64,000 bases of DNA from an uncultured Roseivirgaceae bacterium (GTDB taxonomy: Bacteria > Bacteroidota > Bacteroidia > Cytophagales > Cyclobacteriaceae): contig CAZWQB010000001.1 of assembly GCA_964636035.1 (NCBI GenBank), positions 7,788 through 71,787 on the forward strand, given 5' to 3'. Positions within the stretch are counted from its first letter, which is position 1; every line of letters starts with the position of its first letter. Below, piece by piece: positions 19,551 to 28,073 of the stretch. Below the pieces are notes generated by a model that saw only the letters and a program-made list of their open reading frames with translations, had not been told where the DNA came from and ran no database searches. The translations under genes were made by a program, and so were the position numbers.

Positions 19551-20012
19551 ATGGCCGTTATTAGCTGTGGACTGTTAATGTATAGATTAGATCCGGAATT
19601 ATCCGTATATTTAGTACACCCGGGCGGACCCTATTTTAGCAAAAAAGATAAAGGGTGGTGGACAATTCCCAAAGGACTTCCAAATGCGGGCGAGGAATTG
19701 CTAAATGCAGCTATCAGGGAGTTCGAAGAGGAAACAGGATTAAAGCCTGCACCACCTTATACAGAGCTCGGCGAAGTTCGCCAAAAAGGGGGAAAAGTCG
19801 TTTACTGCTGGGCATTTGAGAACAATAGCGATTCTGAATTAATATTCAGGAGCAATACATTTTCGATGGAATGGCCGCCAAAGTCAGGAAAAAGAATGGA
19901 CTTTCCCGAGATTGATAAGGCGGAATGGATGGATTGGCAAGCTGCATTGGAGTTTATTAATTCACAGCAGAGCGCTTTTGTAGAGAGATTGATGCGGTTA
20001 AAAGGCCTTTAG
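19551..20012 (+). CDS. NUDIX-family hydrolase
   Basis: Nudix box G(x5)E(x7)REUxEExGU is present as GEELLNAAIREFEEETGL. Starts 12 bp after ppk1. Confidence 0.8.
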   Translation: MAVISCGLLMYRLDPELSVYLVHPGGPYFSKKDKGWWTIPKGLPNAGEELLNAAIREFEEETGLKPAPPYTELGEVRQKGGKVVYCWAFENNSDSELIFRSNTFSMEWPPKSGKRMDFPEIDKAEWMDWQAALEFINSQQSAFVERLMRLKGL

Positions 20013-20218
20013 AGCAAGATCATGTATTCAACGGGATAAATTGAACCTATTTGTCGTTAAAGTATGTTGAGTTTGAACTGGAAACAAACCAAAAAGCAAA
20101 TTTCTACTTTTTAAAGCTTTATTTTAGTTGATATTTATTACAAATATTATTTAGGGGAATTGATTTTCTCTTCAGCGAAATCGACATTTGAATTCAAACT
20201 GTTGTTTCAAAAATTACA

Positions 20219-20226
20219 TATATTTG
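20219..20226 (+). promoter_or_regulatory. -7 promoter box TATATTTG upstream of the response regulator
   Basis: Exact TAnnTTTG match 47 nt upstream of the ATG at 20273. Motif-only call. Confidence 0.35.
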
Positions 20227-20272
20227 TGTTCACTATTTTTTATACCTTAAGAATTAAACCAAAATTCATTTC

Positions 20273-20662
20273 ATGAAACTACGACGGATTTTAGTTATTG
20301 ATGATGATGAACTTAATAATTTTGCAATAGGCAAATTTTTGGAGTCATACATAGCTCCTTCTAATATCATAGTGCAGACCAATGGTTGGGAAGCGATTGA
20401 ACATCTGGAAAGATGTAAACAAAAGAAAGAGACTCCTCCGGATATAATCTTTGTAGACTTGTCTATGCCTGATATGGACGGGTTTGAGTTTCTTGGTTAT
20501 TATCAAAAGAACTTCCACGACGCTTTACCTAATACAAAGTTGATGATCTTAACTTGTTCGACAAGAGAGTCAGATGAGAAAAAAGCACTCGAATATGCGT
20601 GTGTAAGTGACTATCTCAGTAAGCCACTGTCTGATGAGAAAATGAGTGAATTTGTGGGCTAA
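20273..20662 (+). CDS. Stand-alone response regulator receiver protein (CheY-like)
   Basis: Receiver motifs VIDDD, phospho-acceptor context IIFVDLSMPDMDG, and conserved K in YLSKP. 129 aa with no output domain. Confidence 0.85.
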   Translation: MKLRRILVIDDDELNNFAIGKFLESYIAPSNIIVQTNGWEAIEHLERCKQKKETPPDIIFVDLSMPDMDGFEFLGYYQKNFHDALPNTKLMILTCSTRESDEKKALEYACVSDYLSKPLSDEKMSEFVG

Positions 20663-20836
20663 ATTTTTTTTATCTGACGTTCTTATTTCTTAAACCTTCC
20701 AGGTTAATTGATGTTGATATTTTGCATAGTTAAAGAAGGCTGGTTCTGATTTTTTGGTTTCTTTAATTTGCGGGAGTCCGCGCTATTGCTCTCGTACTTT
20801 GGCGCAGGTGTTGGGATTATTTTTTAAACTGGTGTT

Positions 20837-22024
20837 ATGATCGAATCTCGAAAGAAAGGTTTTGTTCTTGTTTGTGACAAAAACGGAGAGCTGGACTCTG
20901 TAATAAAAGACGATTATAATATCTTTTCAGACAAGAAGACTAATTTTTACGATTTTTTTGAACAGGATTCACAGTACGAGGTAAGAAGATTTCTCAACAA
21001 AATTTATGATGATAACGCATCTTACGGAAACGTTATAAAGATTGAGGAATTTCAAAATCCTCACAATTTTTGCTTAGCCGGCGCGCCCTATGATAGCAAC
21101 GCCATTATTATTGGTTCCTCAAAAGAAGATTTCGAATATTATTGCAAAGAAATGAAGCAAAGCCTGTCCAAAGATCTGAAATTTTTGGATGAGCTCTGCT
21201 CCCTGAATCGGCCTGTAGACGAGCGATTTAATACAACTAGTTCGGTTGGTGAAGTCGCACCATCACTGCACAACGTAGAAATTCCAACTCTACAAAAAAA
21301 ACTGGCACAATCTGAGAAAGCACTAAAGAATAAGATCCTGGAGCTGGATCAATTTGCGCATATAGTTTCCCATGATCTAAAAGCCCCTTTATCGCAGTCA
21401 AAGTTAATCGTTCACCTCTTGGAAAAGAGGCTCCGAATGGAACAAAATAACAAAGAAATTCTTGAATTATTTGACATGCTGGTAATCAGCACCAATCACA
21501 TGTCAGATCTGATAGACAGTATCCAACGGTATTCCAAATCTGGCTATCTGGATCAAAAGTTATCCAATTTTGAGCTTGCACATCTGTTTGACGAAGTCAT
21601 AAACGACTTGCCGGTGCCTCCAAATATGGTGGTGACCTATGGACAGGATTTGCCTGTAATATATGCTAATCGACAGAAACTCTATCAGGTTCTATTTCAG
21701 TTGGTTGGCAACGCCATCCGATTTCATCATAAGGCGAACGGGAACATTGAAATAAAGTTCGAGGAGCTTGAGGAGTTTTATTCTTTTGAGGTCGTAGATG
21801 ACGGTCCGGGAATTCCTGAAGATTACCATCAAAATATATTTGAAATCTTTAACAGAATAAACTTCAGAAGCAACAAATCGGGTTCTGGTGTTGGCTTGTC
21901 CATCGCCAAGAAATTGGTGGAAGAAGGCGGTGGTATATTGTCGCTGGATTCAAAAGTAGGAAGCGGCTCAAACTTCAAATTTATCTGGCCAAAATGGAAC
22001 GGACTGGTGCCCGGGAACCCTTAA
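20837..22024 (+). CDS. Cytoplasmic sensor histidine kinase
   Basis: H-box FAHIVSHDLKAPL, N-box LVGNAIRF, G1 DDGPGIP, G2 GSGVGLSIAKK. No TM segment is evident. Confidence 0.85.
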   Translation: MIESRKKGFVLVCDKNGELDSVIKDDYNIFSDKKTNFYDFFEQDSQYEVRRFLNKIYDDNASYGNVIKIEEFQNPHNFCLAGAPYDSNAIIIGSSKEDFEYYCKEMKQSLSKDLKFLDELCSLNRPVDERFNTTSSVGEVAPSLHNVEIPTLQKKLAQSEKALKNKILELDQFAHIVSHDLKAPLSQSKLIVHLLEKRLRMEQNNKEILELFDMLVISTNHMSDLIDSIQRYSKSGYLDQKLSNFELAHLFDEVINDLPVPPNMVVTYGQDLPVIYANRQKLYQVLFQLVGNAIRFHHKANGNIEIKFEELEEFYSFEVVDDGPGIPEDYHQNIFEIFNRINFRSNKSGSGVGLSIAKKLVEEGGGILSLDSKVGSGSNFKFIWPKWNGLVPGNP

Positions 22025-22195
22025 GGCATGCTGAATCGCGCTTTCAGAGAAATTTTTGCCCTTAATACTTCTTTCCGGTAGTATTTGTTACAGGCCTTGT
22101 CCCTCCAAAGCTGCTGTCTTACCTGCTATTAAACCAAACGATCCTAGAAACGGGTGACTTTACAGCTGTTCATTTTCCTCAGAACAAACAAATTA

Positions 22196-22203
22196 TACCT
22201 TTG
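22196..22203 (+). promoter_or_regulatory. -7 promoter box TACCTTTG upstream of the small ORF
   Basis: Exact TAnnTTTG match 32 nt upstream of the ATG at 22235. Confidence 0.35.
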
Positions 22204-22234
22204 CCTGTTATTAGCAATATCAAAACATTAAAAA

Positions 22235-22405
22235 ATGAAAAACTTCATATTCTTTAGAGTGTCTATTTTTTTACTAATTCTTGTTTCGTTTACAAGTTGC
22301 GAAATCGTAGGAGGTATATTTGAGGCAGGTGTTTGGGTCGGGATGATTATCGTGGTGCTGGTGTTAGCAGGTATTTTCTGGTTGATCAGAAAATTTATGA
22401 GTTAA
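22235..22405 (+). CDS. 56-aa small membrane lipoprotein candidate (below the ORF-track size cutoff)
   Basis: MKNFIFFRVSIFLLILVSFTSCEIVGGIFEAGVWVGMIIVVLVLAGIFWLIRKFMS. It has a lipobox (FTSC), a second hydrophobic helix and a basic C-terminus, plus its own -7 box. Confidence 0.4.
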   Translation: MKNFIFFRVSIFLLILVSFTSCEIVGGIFEAGVWVGMIIVVLVLAGIFWLIRKFMS

Positions 22406-22415
22406 AGATAGAAAG

Positions 22416-22490
22416 TGGGCGATGCAGGATTCGAACCAGCGACCCCCAGCTTGTCGAGCTGGTGCTCTAAACCAACTGAGCTAATCGCCC
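22416..22490 (-). tRNA. tRNA-Val (anticodon GAC)
   Basis: Reverse complement: GGGCGAT TA GCTC AGTTGGTTTA GAGC A CCAGC TCGACAA GCTGG GGGTC GCTGG TTCGAAT CCTGC ATCGCCC A. The cloverleaf has 7/4/5/5-bp stems and a T-loop TTCGAAT. No CCA is encoded. See the findings for two irregularities. Confidence 0.75.
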
Positions 22491-22624
22491 ATTAGCACTT
22501 GTTTAGGCTGCGAAGATACATATTTTTTTCAAATCCCTATTACTATTTTTAAATCCAGTTTTCTTCGTAACAATTTGCTACCACATTTAGTTTTTAAAGC
22601 TAATTATATTAGTATTTTGAACAA

Positions 22625-23695
22625 ATGTTTGTAGATTTGGATATGGAACAAGGGTACTTTAAAGGTAGAGGGGCGCAGCTAAATACCGCCAATCCGTTTC
22701 TGAAGCAGGAATACGTAACCGAGCATATTGAGGGGCTGGACGAGGAGTTTTACGTATTACCTAAAACCACACTCTACAGAGAAAATCCTAAACAAATTGT
22801 CAATAAAGTAGACAGCCCTGATTTGAAGTTCTATTACTCAGCAAATCCGTATCAGGGCTGCGAACACGGCTGCATCTATTGCTATGCCAGAAATTCACAT
22901 CAATATTGGGGATTTAGCGCAGGACTGGATTTCGAGAGTAAAATCATCATAAAAGAAAACGCCGCTGCACTTCTCGAGAAAACTTTCTTGTCTGCTGCAT
23001 GGAAACCCTCACCCATCATGCTATCAGGAAACACAGACTGTTACCAACCGGTTGAAAGAAATTTGCGAATTACCAGAAGCCTGTTAAAAATATTTTTTAA
23101 GTACGGAAATCCTGTAAGCATCATTACAAAAAATACGCTGGTTCTAAGGGATTTGGACATATTGAAAGATCTTGCCACAGAAGGCCTTGTGCATGTTAAT
23201 TTTTCAATTACCACCCTCGATGAAAAATTGCGAAGGGTTCTTGAACCGCGAACAGCCACTGCAGTTGGAAAATTGAGAGCCATAGAGAAACTAAGCGCAG
23301 CCAGGATTCCCGTATCAATCATGAATGCTCCGATAATTCCGGGTCTTAATGTCCAGGAAATCCCTTCCGTAATTGAGCACGCTGCCAATGCCGGAGCACT
23401 TAATGCCGGATACACTACAGTACGTTTGAATGGAAATATCAAACATATTTTTCATGATTGGCTGCATCAAAACTTTCCCGACAGTGCTAATAAAGTTTGG
23501 AATCAGATATGTGAATTACATGGCGGTAAAGTAAATGACTCTGACTGGGGCAGAAGAATGAAAGGAGAAGGAGCCCTCGCCACGATGATTAACCAATTAT
23601 TCAACACTGCGAAAAACAAGCATATGGGAGGGCGATCTGTCCCCGAACTGAACGTAAATAAATTTCGCCGGAATGGCAATCTGACGCTTTTTTGA
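22625..23695 (+). CDS. Radical SAM protein (PA0069/COG1533-like)
   Basis: CEHGCIYCYA (CxxxCxxC) follows NPYQG. The C-terminal ...FPDSANKVWNQICELHGG region is typical of this family. The start could instead be the ATG at 22643. Confidence 0.7.
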   Translation: MFVDLDMEQGYFKGRGAQLNTANPFLKQEYVTEHIEGLDEEFYVLPKTTLYRENPKQIVNKVDSPDLKFYYSANPYQGCEHGCIYCYARNSHQYWGFSAGLDFESKIIIKENAAALLEKTFLSAAWKPSPIMLSGNTDCYQPVERNLRITRSLLKIFFKYGNPVSIITKNTLVLRDLDILKDLATEGLVHVNFSITTLDEKLRRVLEPRTATAVGKLRAIEKLSAARIPVSIMNAPIIPGLNVQEIPSVIEHAANAGALNAGYTTVRLNGNIKHIFHDWLHQNFPDSANKVWNQICELHGGKVNDSDWGRRMKGEGALATMINQLFNTAKNKHMGGRSVPELNVNKFRRNGNLTLF

Positions 23696-24048
23696 GTCTG
23701 GCAGGGACATTAGGTTTTGTTAAGTTTAAACAGAAATCTTATTGCTATCCGGAAATTTGATATCTAATCTGCCTTATAAAAGCAAAATATTATCAGCTTA
23801 TGACAAAGGGTAGCTGGAAGACCGATTAATAATGGTCGGATTTTTGTATTTTAGCTTTTTTGTTTATTTTACAAGCATTCCAATTTTATAACAACAGCCC
23901 CATTAAACTTTTTGAAAGAATAGCTGGTTTTCTAATTGCTGCTGGACTTGTATAGTTGCTGTTGTCAATACCCGGAACATATAAAACCGGCGAATTTCGT
24001 GCGATTGCGTGTGCAGTTGGTTCTTCAATTCAGAAAAAGTATCTATAT

Positions 24049-24771
24049 ATGATCAAAATTATTCCATCTATTTCAGTCATCAATGGAAAAACCACCAGGG
24101 TTTCGCAGGGAGATTTTTCCAGGGAAAAGGTGTATGATGTTAGCCCGCTAAACGTGGCCAAAAGATTCGAAGACTTTGGGGTAAAACAAATCCATTTGGT
24201 TGACCTGGATGGCGCAAGAAGAGGGGAGCCTGCCAACTACCCCACGTTGGAAATGATCGCCGGCCACACCGATTTGGAGATAGATTTTACAGGAGGTATC
24301 AGCACTGACGGTGACATTAGTAAAGCCTATGAATATGGGGCAACGTATATAACGGCAGCCAGCGTTGCTGTCAATAGAAAGGAGCTTTTTGCATCCTGGA
24401 TCGTTTCTTATGGCAGAGAAAAAATTACCCTCGGAGCGGATGCATTAAATAAGAAGATCACGGTGCGGGGATGGCAAAAGGATACGGATATAGACGTCTT
24501 TGAGCACATCGATTATTTCTACAGTAGAGGCTTAAAATACGTAAAATGTACAGATGTGAGCAGAGAAGGGGTCATGGAAGGGCCTGCGTTTGATTTGTAC
24601 ACTGAAGTTTTGAAAAGATTTCCGGGAATATGCCTGATCGCCTCAGGTGGTGTTCGCAATAAAGACGACATAGACAAGCTCAATGAAATGGGGATTTGGG
24701 GTGTTCATTTTGGTAAAGCGTACTATGAAGGCAGGGTAAAACTCGAAGAACTAAAAGATTACCTGGTATAA
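24049..24771 (+). CDS. HisA-like (beta/alpha)8-barrel protein (ProFAR isomerase paralog)
   Basis: HisA-like throughout (HLVDLDGAR, GGI, GADAL, SGGV...GKAYYEG). I use the internal ATG 24049 (MIKIIPSISVINGK). The upstream extension in the track has no homology value. Confidence 0.7.
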   Translation: MIKIIPSISVINGKTTRVSQGDFSREKVYDVSPLNVAKRFEDFGVKQIHLVDLDGARRGEPANYPTLEMIAGHTDLEIDFTGGISTDGDISKAYEYGATYITAASVAVNRKELFASWIVSYGREKITLGADALNKKITVRGWQKDTDIDVFEHIDYFYSRGLKYVKCTDVSREGVMEGPAFDLYTEVLKRFPGICLIASGGVRNKDDIDKLNEMGIWGVHFGKAYYEGRVKLEELKDYLV

Positions 24772-24965
24772 AAGCCCAATCCTAATCACTTAGGGGTCGC
24801 TGAAAAAGCATGAGGTGCGTCAGATACCAGGCGGTAAAGCGAAGAGTCTCTTAATACTTCGAGCTGAAGCCAACGAACCAGATGGCGTGCCTGAGGCTAA
24901 CCTGAAAAATTGATCTTCCGGATTTTTTTTGGTGCACAAAAACGGACTATTTAAACAAAACCCTT

Positions 24966-25054
24966 GCGCTTGCTGAAAAAGTAAACAAAAAACGACCAAC
25001 ACAGAGGTCATTTTTCTCCGTCAAAAATCGACCTTAAGCTTTTTCAGCAAACGC
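24966..25054. repeat. 16-bp near-perfect inverted repeat (15/16) with a 57-nt spacer, directly downstream of the Fur-family gene
   Basis: GCGCTTGCTGAAAAAG (24966-24981) pairs with CTTTTTCAGCAAACGC (25039-25054). A third copy of GCTGAAAAAG is at 24799-24808. Confidence 0.6.
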
Positions 25055-25055
25055 C

Positions 25056-25484
25056 CTACTCAGAACAGCCTGAACAAATTCCTTCCGCTATCAGGTAAAG
25101 GCTCTTGGGTTTGTAATTTTCAGGAATGGATATGGTTGGAATTTTGGTGCTTTCGATACAATAGGTGTTGCCGCACTCCGTACAGTTGAAATGTACATGT
25201 TCATCGTGGTGTGCAGTTTCAGAACATTTATGGCTACACAAAGCATATTTACCCACCCCACTGCTGTCGAAGACTTTGTGTATAATACCCTTTTCTTCGA
25301 AGCTATTCAGCGTGCGGTATATTGTCACCCTGTCAAATTTGTTGAGCAATGCATCTTCCAGATGACTATGCGAGACAGCCTGCGATTCCTTAAGAAATAA
25401 TTGAAGAATTTCTATTCTGGCAGGGGTTTTGCGTAGATTATGCGCTTCCAAAACCTTTCTTATATCATTCTGTTCCATTGTCAC
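25056..25484 (-). CDS. Fur-family metalloregulator (Zur-like candidate)
   Basis: 142 aa. Winged-helix N-terminus (PARIEILQLF...VTIYRTLNSFEEKGIIH), His-rich site HHDEHVH, and CxxC pairs (CTECG, CSGC). Confidence 0.85.
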   Translation of the reverse strand: MTMEQNDIRKVLEAHNLRKTPARIEILQLFLKESQAVSHSHLEDALLNKFDRVTIYRTLNSFEEKGIIHKVFDSSGVGKYALCSHKCSETAHHDEHVHFNCTECGNTYCIESTKIPTISIPENYKPKSLYLIAEGICSGCSE

Positions 25485-25588
25485 GTATTAACCAGATTTT
25501 CTAACCAAATAACTTCATTATAAGCAGCCATCCTGATAGAGCTGTTTTAAGCGAAGTTAGTTTTTTTTTACCTTAGAAATAAGCACTT

Positions 25589-28003
25589 TTGCATTTGAAA
25601 CAATGTTGCATCAGAATTCGTTGCGCTTTAAAAAAGTTTGTGAGAAATTTTAGTGTTTTATTTTTAGTAATCTGGCCTTTTATTGTCTTTGGTCAGACTG
25701 GTTATCAGATTTCGGGGAAGGTCACCAATTGGGATGGGGAGCCCCTGATCGGAGCAAACGTACTTCTGCATGAACTTTCTATTGGTACTTTAACGGATGT
25801 AGAGGGAGCATTTTCTTTTTCAAATATTCGACCTAATTCCTACCATTTGCACATTACTTTCGTGGGCCATGAGTCAGTCTCCAAAACCATATTGATACGC
25901 GATAAATCGGTCTCATTGGATATTCGCCTAAAAGAGTCGACGGTTGAACTGAACGAGCTGTTGATCGAAGCGAATCCGTTTAAATCTGGTCCTGTAGAGC
26001 AGTCAATGACCATTGAAACCGTCGGGAGGGATTTTCTCAACACAAACGACAGAGGAACATTGGCTGGCGCCCTTCAAAAATTGCCAGGTATGAATGTCAT
26101 CAACACAGGAGTAGGCATTGCAAAGCCGGTAATCAGAGGAATGAGCTTTAACCGGGTTCTGGTGAATGACAAGGGCATAAAACAAGAGGGTCAACAATGG
26201 GGAGGCGATCACGGCCTGGAGATTGATCAGTACGAGCCGGATAGAATAGAAATTATTAAAGGTCCTGCTTCGCTCCTTTATGGTTCTGATGCCATGGGTG
26301 GTGTCATCAATATTCAAGCAGCTCCAATTCCCAATGAGGGAAGCCTTACAGGAAGCTTACAGAGTGTCTTTAAAAGTAACAATAACTTGTATGGTTCGTC
26401 ACTGAGCTTGCAAGGTAACAGGAAAGGCAAATTCTTTTCCCTTCGCTTGTCGGTGCAGGATTTTGCTGACTATAAAATTCCCGCTGATACTTTCAGCTAT
26501 AACACTTTCGTGTATAAAATTGCAGACAACAAACTTGAAAATACCGCGGGCAATGAGCTGAATTTTTCCGGTGCTTTTGGCTTGTCAGGAAACTGGGGAT
26601 ACAGTAAGCTAACAGTAAGTAATTTCCACCAAAAATCAGGCATTTTTCCGGGTGCTATGGGTGCCCCCGGCGAGTACAATCCTGTTTATGATGGGAGAAA
26701 CCGAAATGTAGACATGCCTCGTCAGGTCGTTAATCATTTCAAAATAATTTCAAATACCAACCTTTCGCTAGGTCGCAATTGGCTGGAAATAGATCTGGGC
26801 TACCAGGAAAATGTAAGGAGGGAGGAAGGAGAACCACATTCTCATGGCTTCGGCTCCGTGCCGGAAGGAACCCTGGCCTTGGGATTGACATTAAAAACCT
26901 ATTCGCTTAACGCTAAATATCATTACCAGGTGGATGAGCGATACAGTGCGATTTATGGAGTGCAGGCACAATACCAAACAAACGCATTCAAAGGCTTCGA
27001 GTTTTTGTTACCAGCGTTCAAATCGTCCAACATTGGGGTTTACAGCTACCATGAGTATAACATAAACGACTCGTGGACCATTAATGGAGGACTTAGGGGT
27101 GACTGGGGAATGAGAGACATTAGAAAACACATTCGCCCCAGGTTTGATACCGAGGATCCCCGAGACTCTACGCTTGTCAATAATGATATTCAACGAACTT
27201 TTATAGATTTCTCTGGAGCGGTAGGATTATCCTATTATCCGCACCACAATTTTAACGCTAAGTTGAATATTGGTACAAGTTTCAAAATGCCTACAGCTCC
27301 TGAACTGTCTATGAACGGCCAGCATCATGGAACATTTCGGTATGAAAGAGGAAACGAGGCGCTTGATTCAGAGCGGGGCATTCAGGCCGACGTCAACCTC
27401 ACCTATCATACACCGGCCTTGCATATTGGCCTTACCCCATATTTTAGCTATTACGACCAATTTATTTATCTGAAACCTCAGGCAAGATTCGCCGATGAGC
27501 ATCATTCCAGCAATCAGGTATATCAATACATGCAGAATGACGCGGTTTTTACCGGTGGCGAACTCTCCACAGAGTACCATTTTATCCCGAACCTGCATCT
27601 TAAAATAGCAGCAGAATATGTTTGGAATCTGAACATCGATTCTAAAAGGCCACTGCCTTTTACGCCCCCTTTTTCATTGTTGGGTGAGGTAAGGTACGAT
27701 ATTCCGTTAACGTCCGAAACATTTTCAGATGCTTATGCAGGATTGGATGCCCACTTTTTCTCAGCTCAAAATCGGGTAGATCAAAACGAAAAAACTACTC
27801 CGGCATATGAAATATTTTCCTTTAATGCGGGCGTCAAATTTAAGATTCGAAACCAGAAAGCCTCATTCAGGTTCTCCATACAAAATCTTTTCGACGAGAA
27901 ATATTTGAACCATTTAAGCAGATACAGGCTCCTGTCTTTGCCAGAACAAGGAAGAAACTATGTCATTTCGTTAAATCTTCCCTTTGACTTACAGAAAAAG
28001 TAA
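25589..28003 (+). CDS. TonB-dependent receptor with N-terminal carboxypeptidase-regulatory-like domain
   Basis: GKVTNWDGEPLIGANVLL...F (CarboxypepD_reg-like), a plug domain (GMNVINTGVGIAKPVIRGMS) and a C-terminal beta-barrel with an aromatic-rich end. The real start may be GTG 25640 (MRNFSVLFLVIWPFIVFGQ). Confidence 0.85.
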   Translation: MHLKQCCIRIRCALKKFVRNFSVLFLVIWPFIVFGQTGYQISGKVTNWDGEPLIGANVLLHELSIGTLTDVEGAFSFSNIRPNSYHLHITFVGHESVSKTILIRDKSVSLDIRLKESTVELNELLIEANPFKSGPVEQSMTIETVGRDFLNTNDRGTLAGALQKLPGMNVINTGVGIAKPVIRGMSFNRVLVNDKGIKQEGQQWGGDHGLEIDQYEPDRIEIIKGPASLLYGSDAMGGVINIQAAPIPNEGSLTGSLQSVFKSNNNLYGSSLSLQGNRKGKFFSLRLSVQDFADYKIPADTFSYNTFVYKIADNKLENTAGNELNFSGAFGLSGNWGYSKLTVSNFHQKSGIFPGAMGAPGEYNPVYDGRNRNVDMPRQVVNHFKIISNTNLSLGRNWLEIDLGYQENVRREEGEPHSHGFGSVPEGTLALGLTLKTYSLNAKYHYQVDERYSAIYGVQAQYQTNAFKGFEFLLPAFKSSNIGVYSYHEYNINDSWTINGGLRGDWGMRDIRKHIRPRFDTEDPRDSTLVNNDIQRTFIDFSGAVGLSYYPHHNFNAKLNIGTSFKMPTAPELSMNGQHHGTFRYERGNEALDSERGIQADVNLTYHTPALHIGLTPYFSYYDQFIYLKPQARFADEHHSSNQVYQYMQNDAVFTGGELSTEYHFIPNLHLKIAAEYVWNLNIDSKRPLPFTPPFSLLGEVRYDIPLTSETFSDAYAGLDAHFFSAQNRVDQNEKTTPAYEIFSFNAGVKFKIRNQKASFRFSIQNLFDEKYLNHLSRYRLLSLPEQGRNYVISLNLPFDLQKK

Positions 28004-28018
28004 ATTTTTCTCCCTCAT

Positions 28019-28039
28019 ATTTGCAACACTATTGCAAAT
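28019..28039. promoter_or_regulatory. Candidate operator: perfect 8-bp inverted repeat ATTTGCAA-N5-TTGCAAAT
   Basis: Sits 5 nt upstream of the -7 box in front of the His-rich lipoprotein gene, inside a locus flanked by a Fur-family regulator. Confidence 0.35.
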
Positions 28040-28043
28040 GCGT

Positions 28044-28051
28044 TAAGTTTG
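28044..28051 (+). promoter_or_regulatory. -7 promoter box TAAGTTTG
   Basis: Exact TAnnTTTG match 23 nt upstream of the ATG at 28074. Confidence 0.4.
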
Positions 28052-28073
28052 CATAAAATAAAACTTTTAACCC

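Noticed and set aside
24820-25011. 63-aa minus-strand ORF in the HisA-like/Fur intergenic region
   Set aside because: No recognisable fold or signal. It overlaps hairpin-forming repeats, so the region is better explained as noncoding structure.
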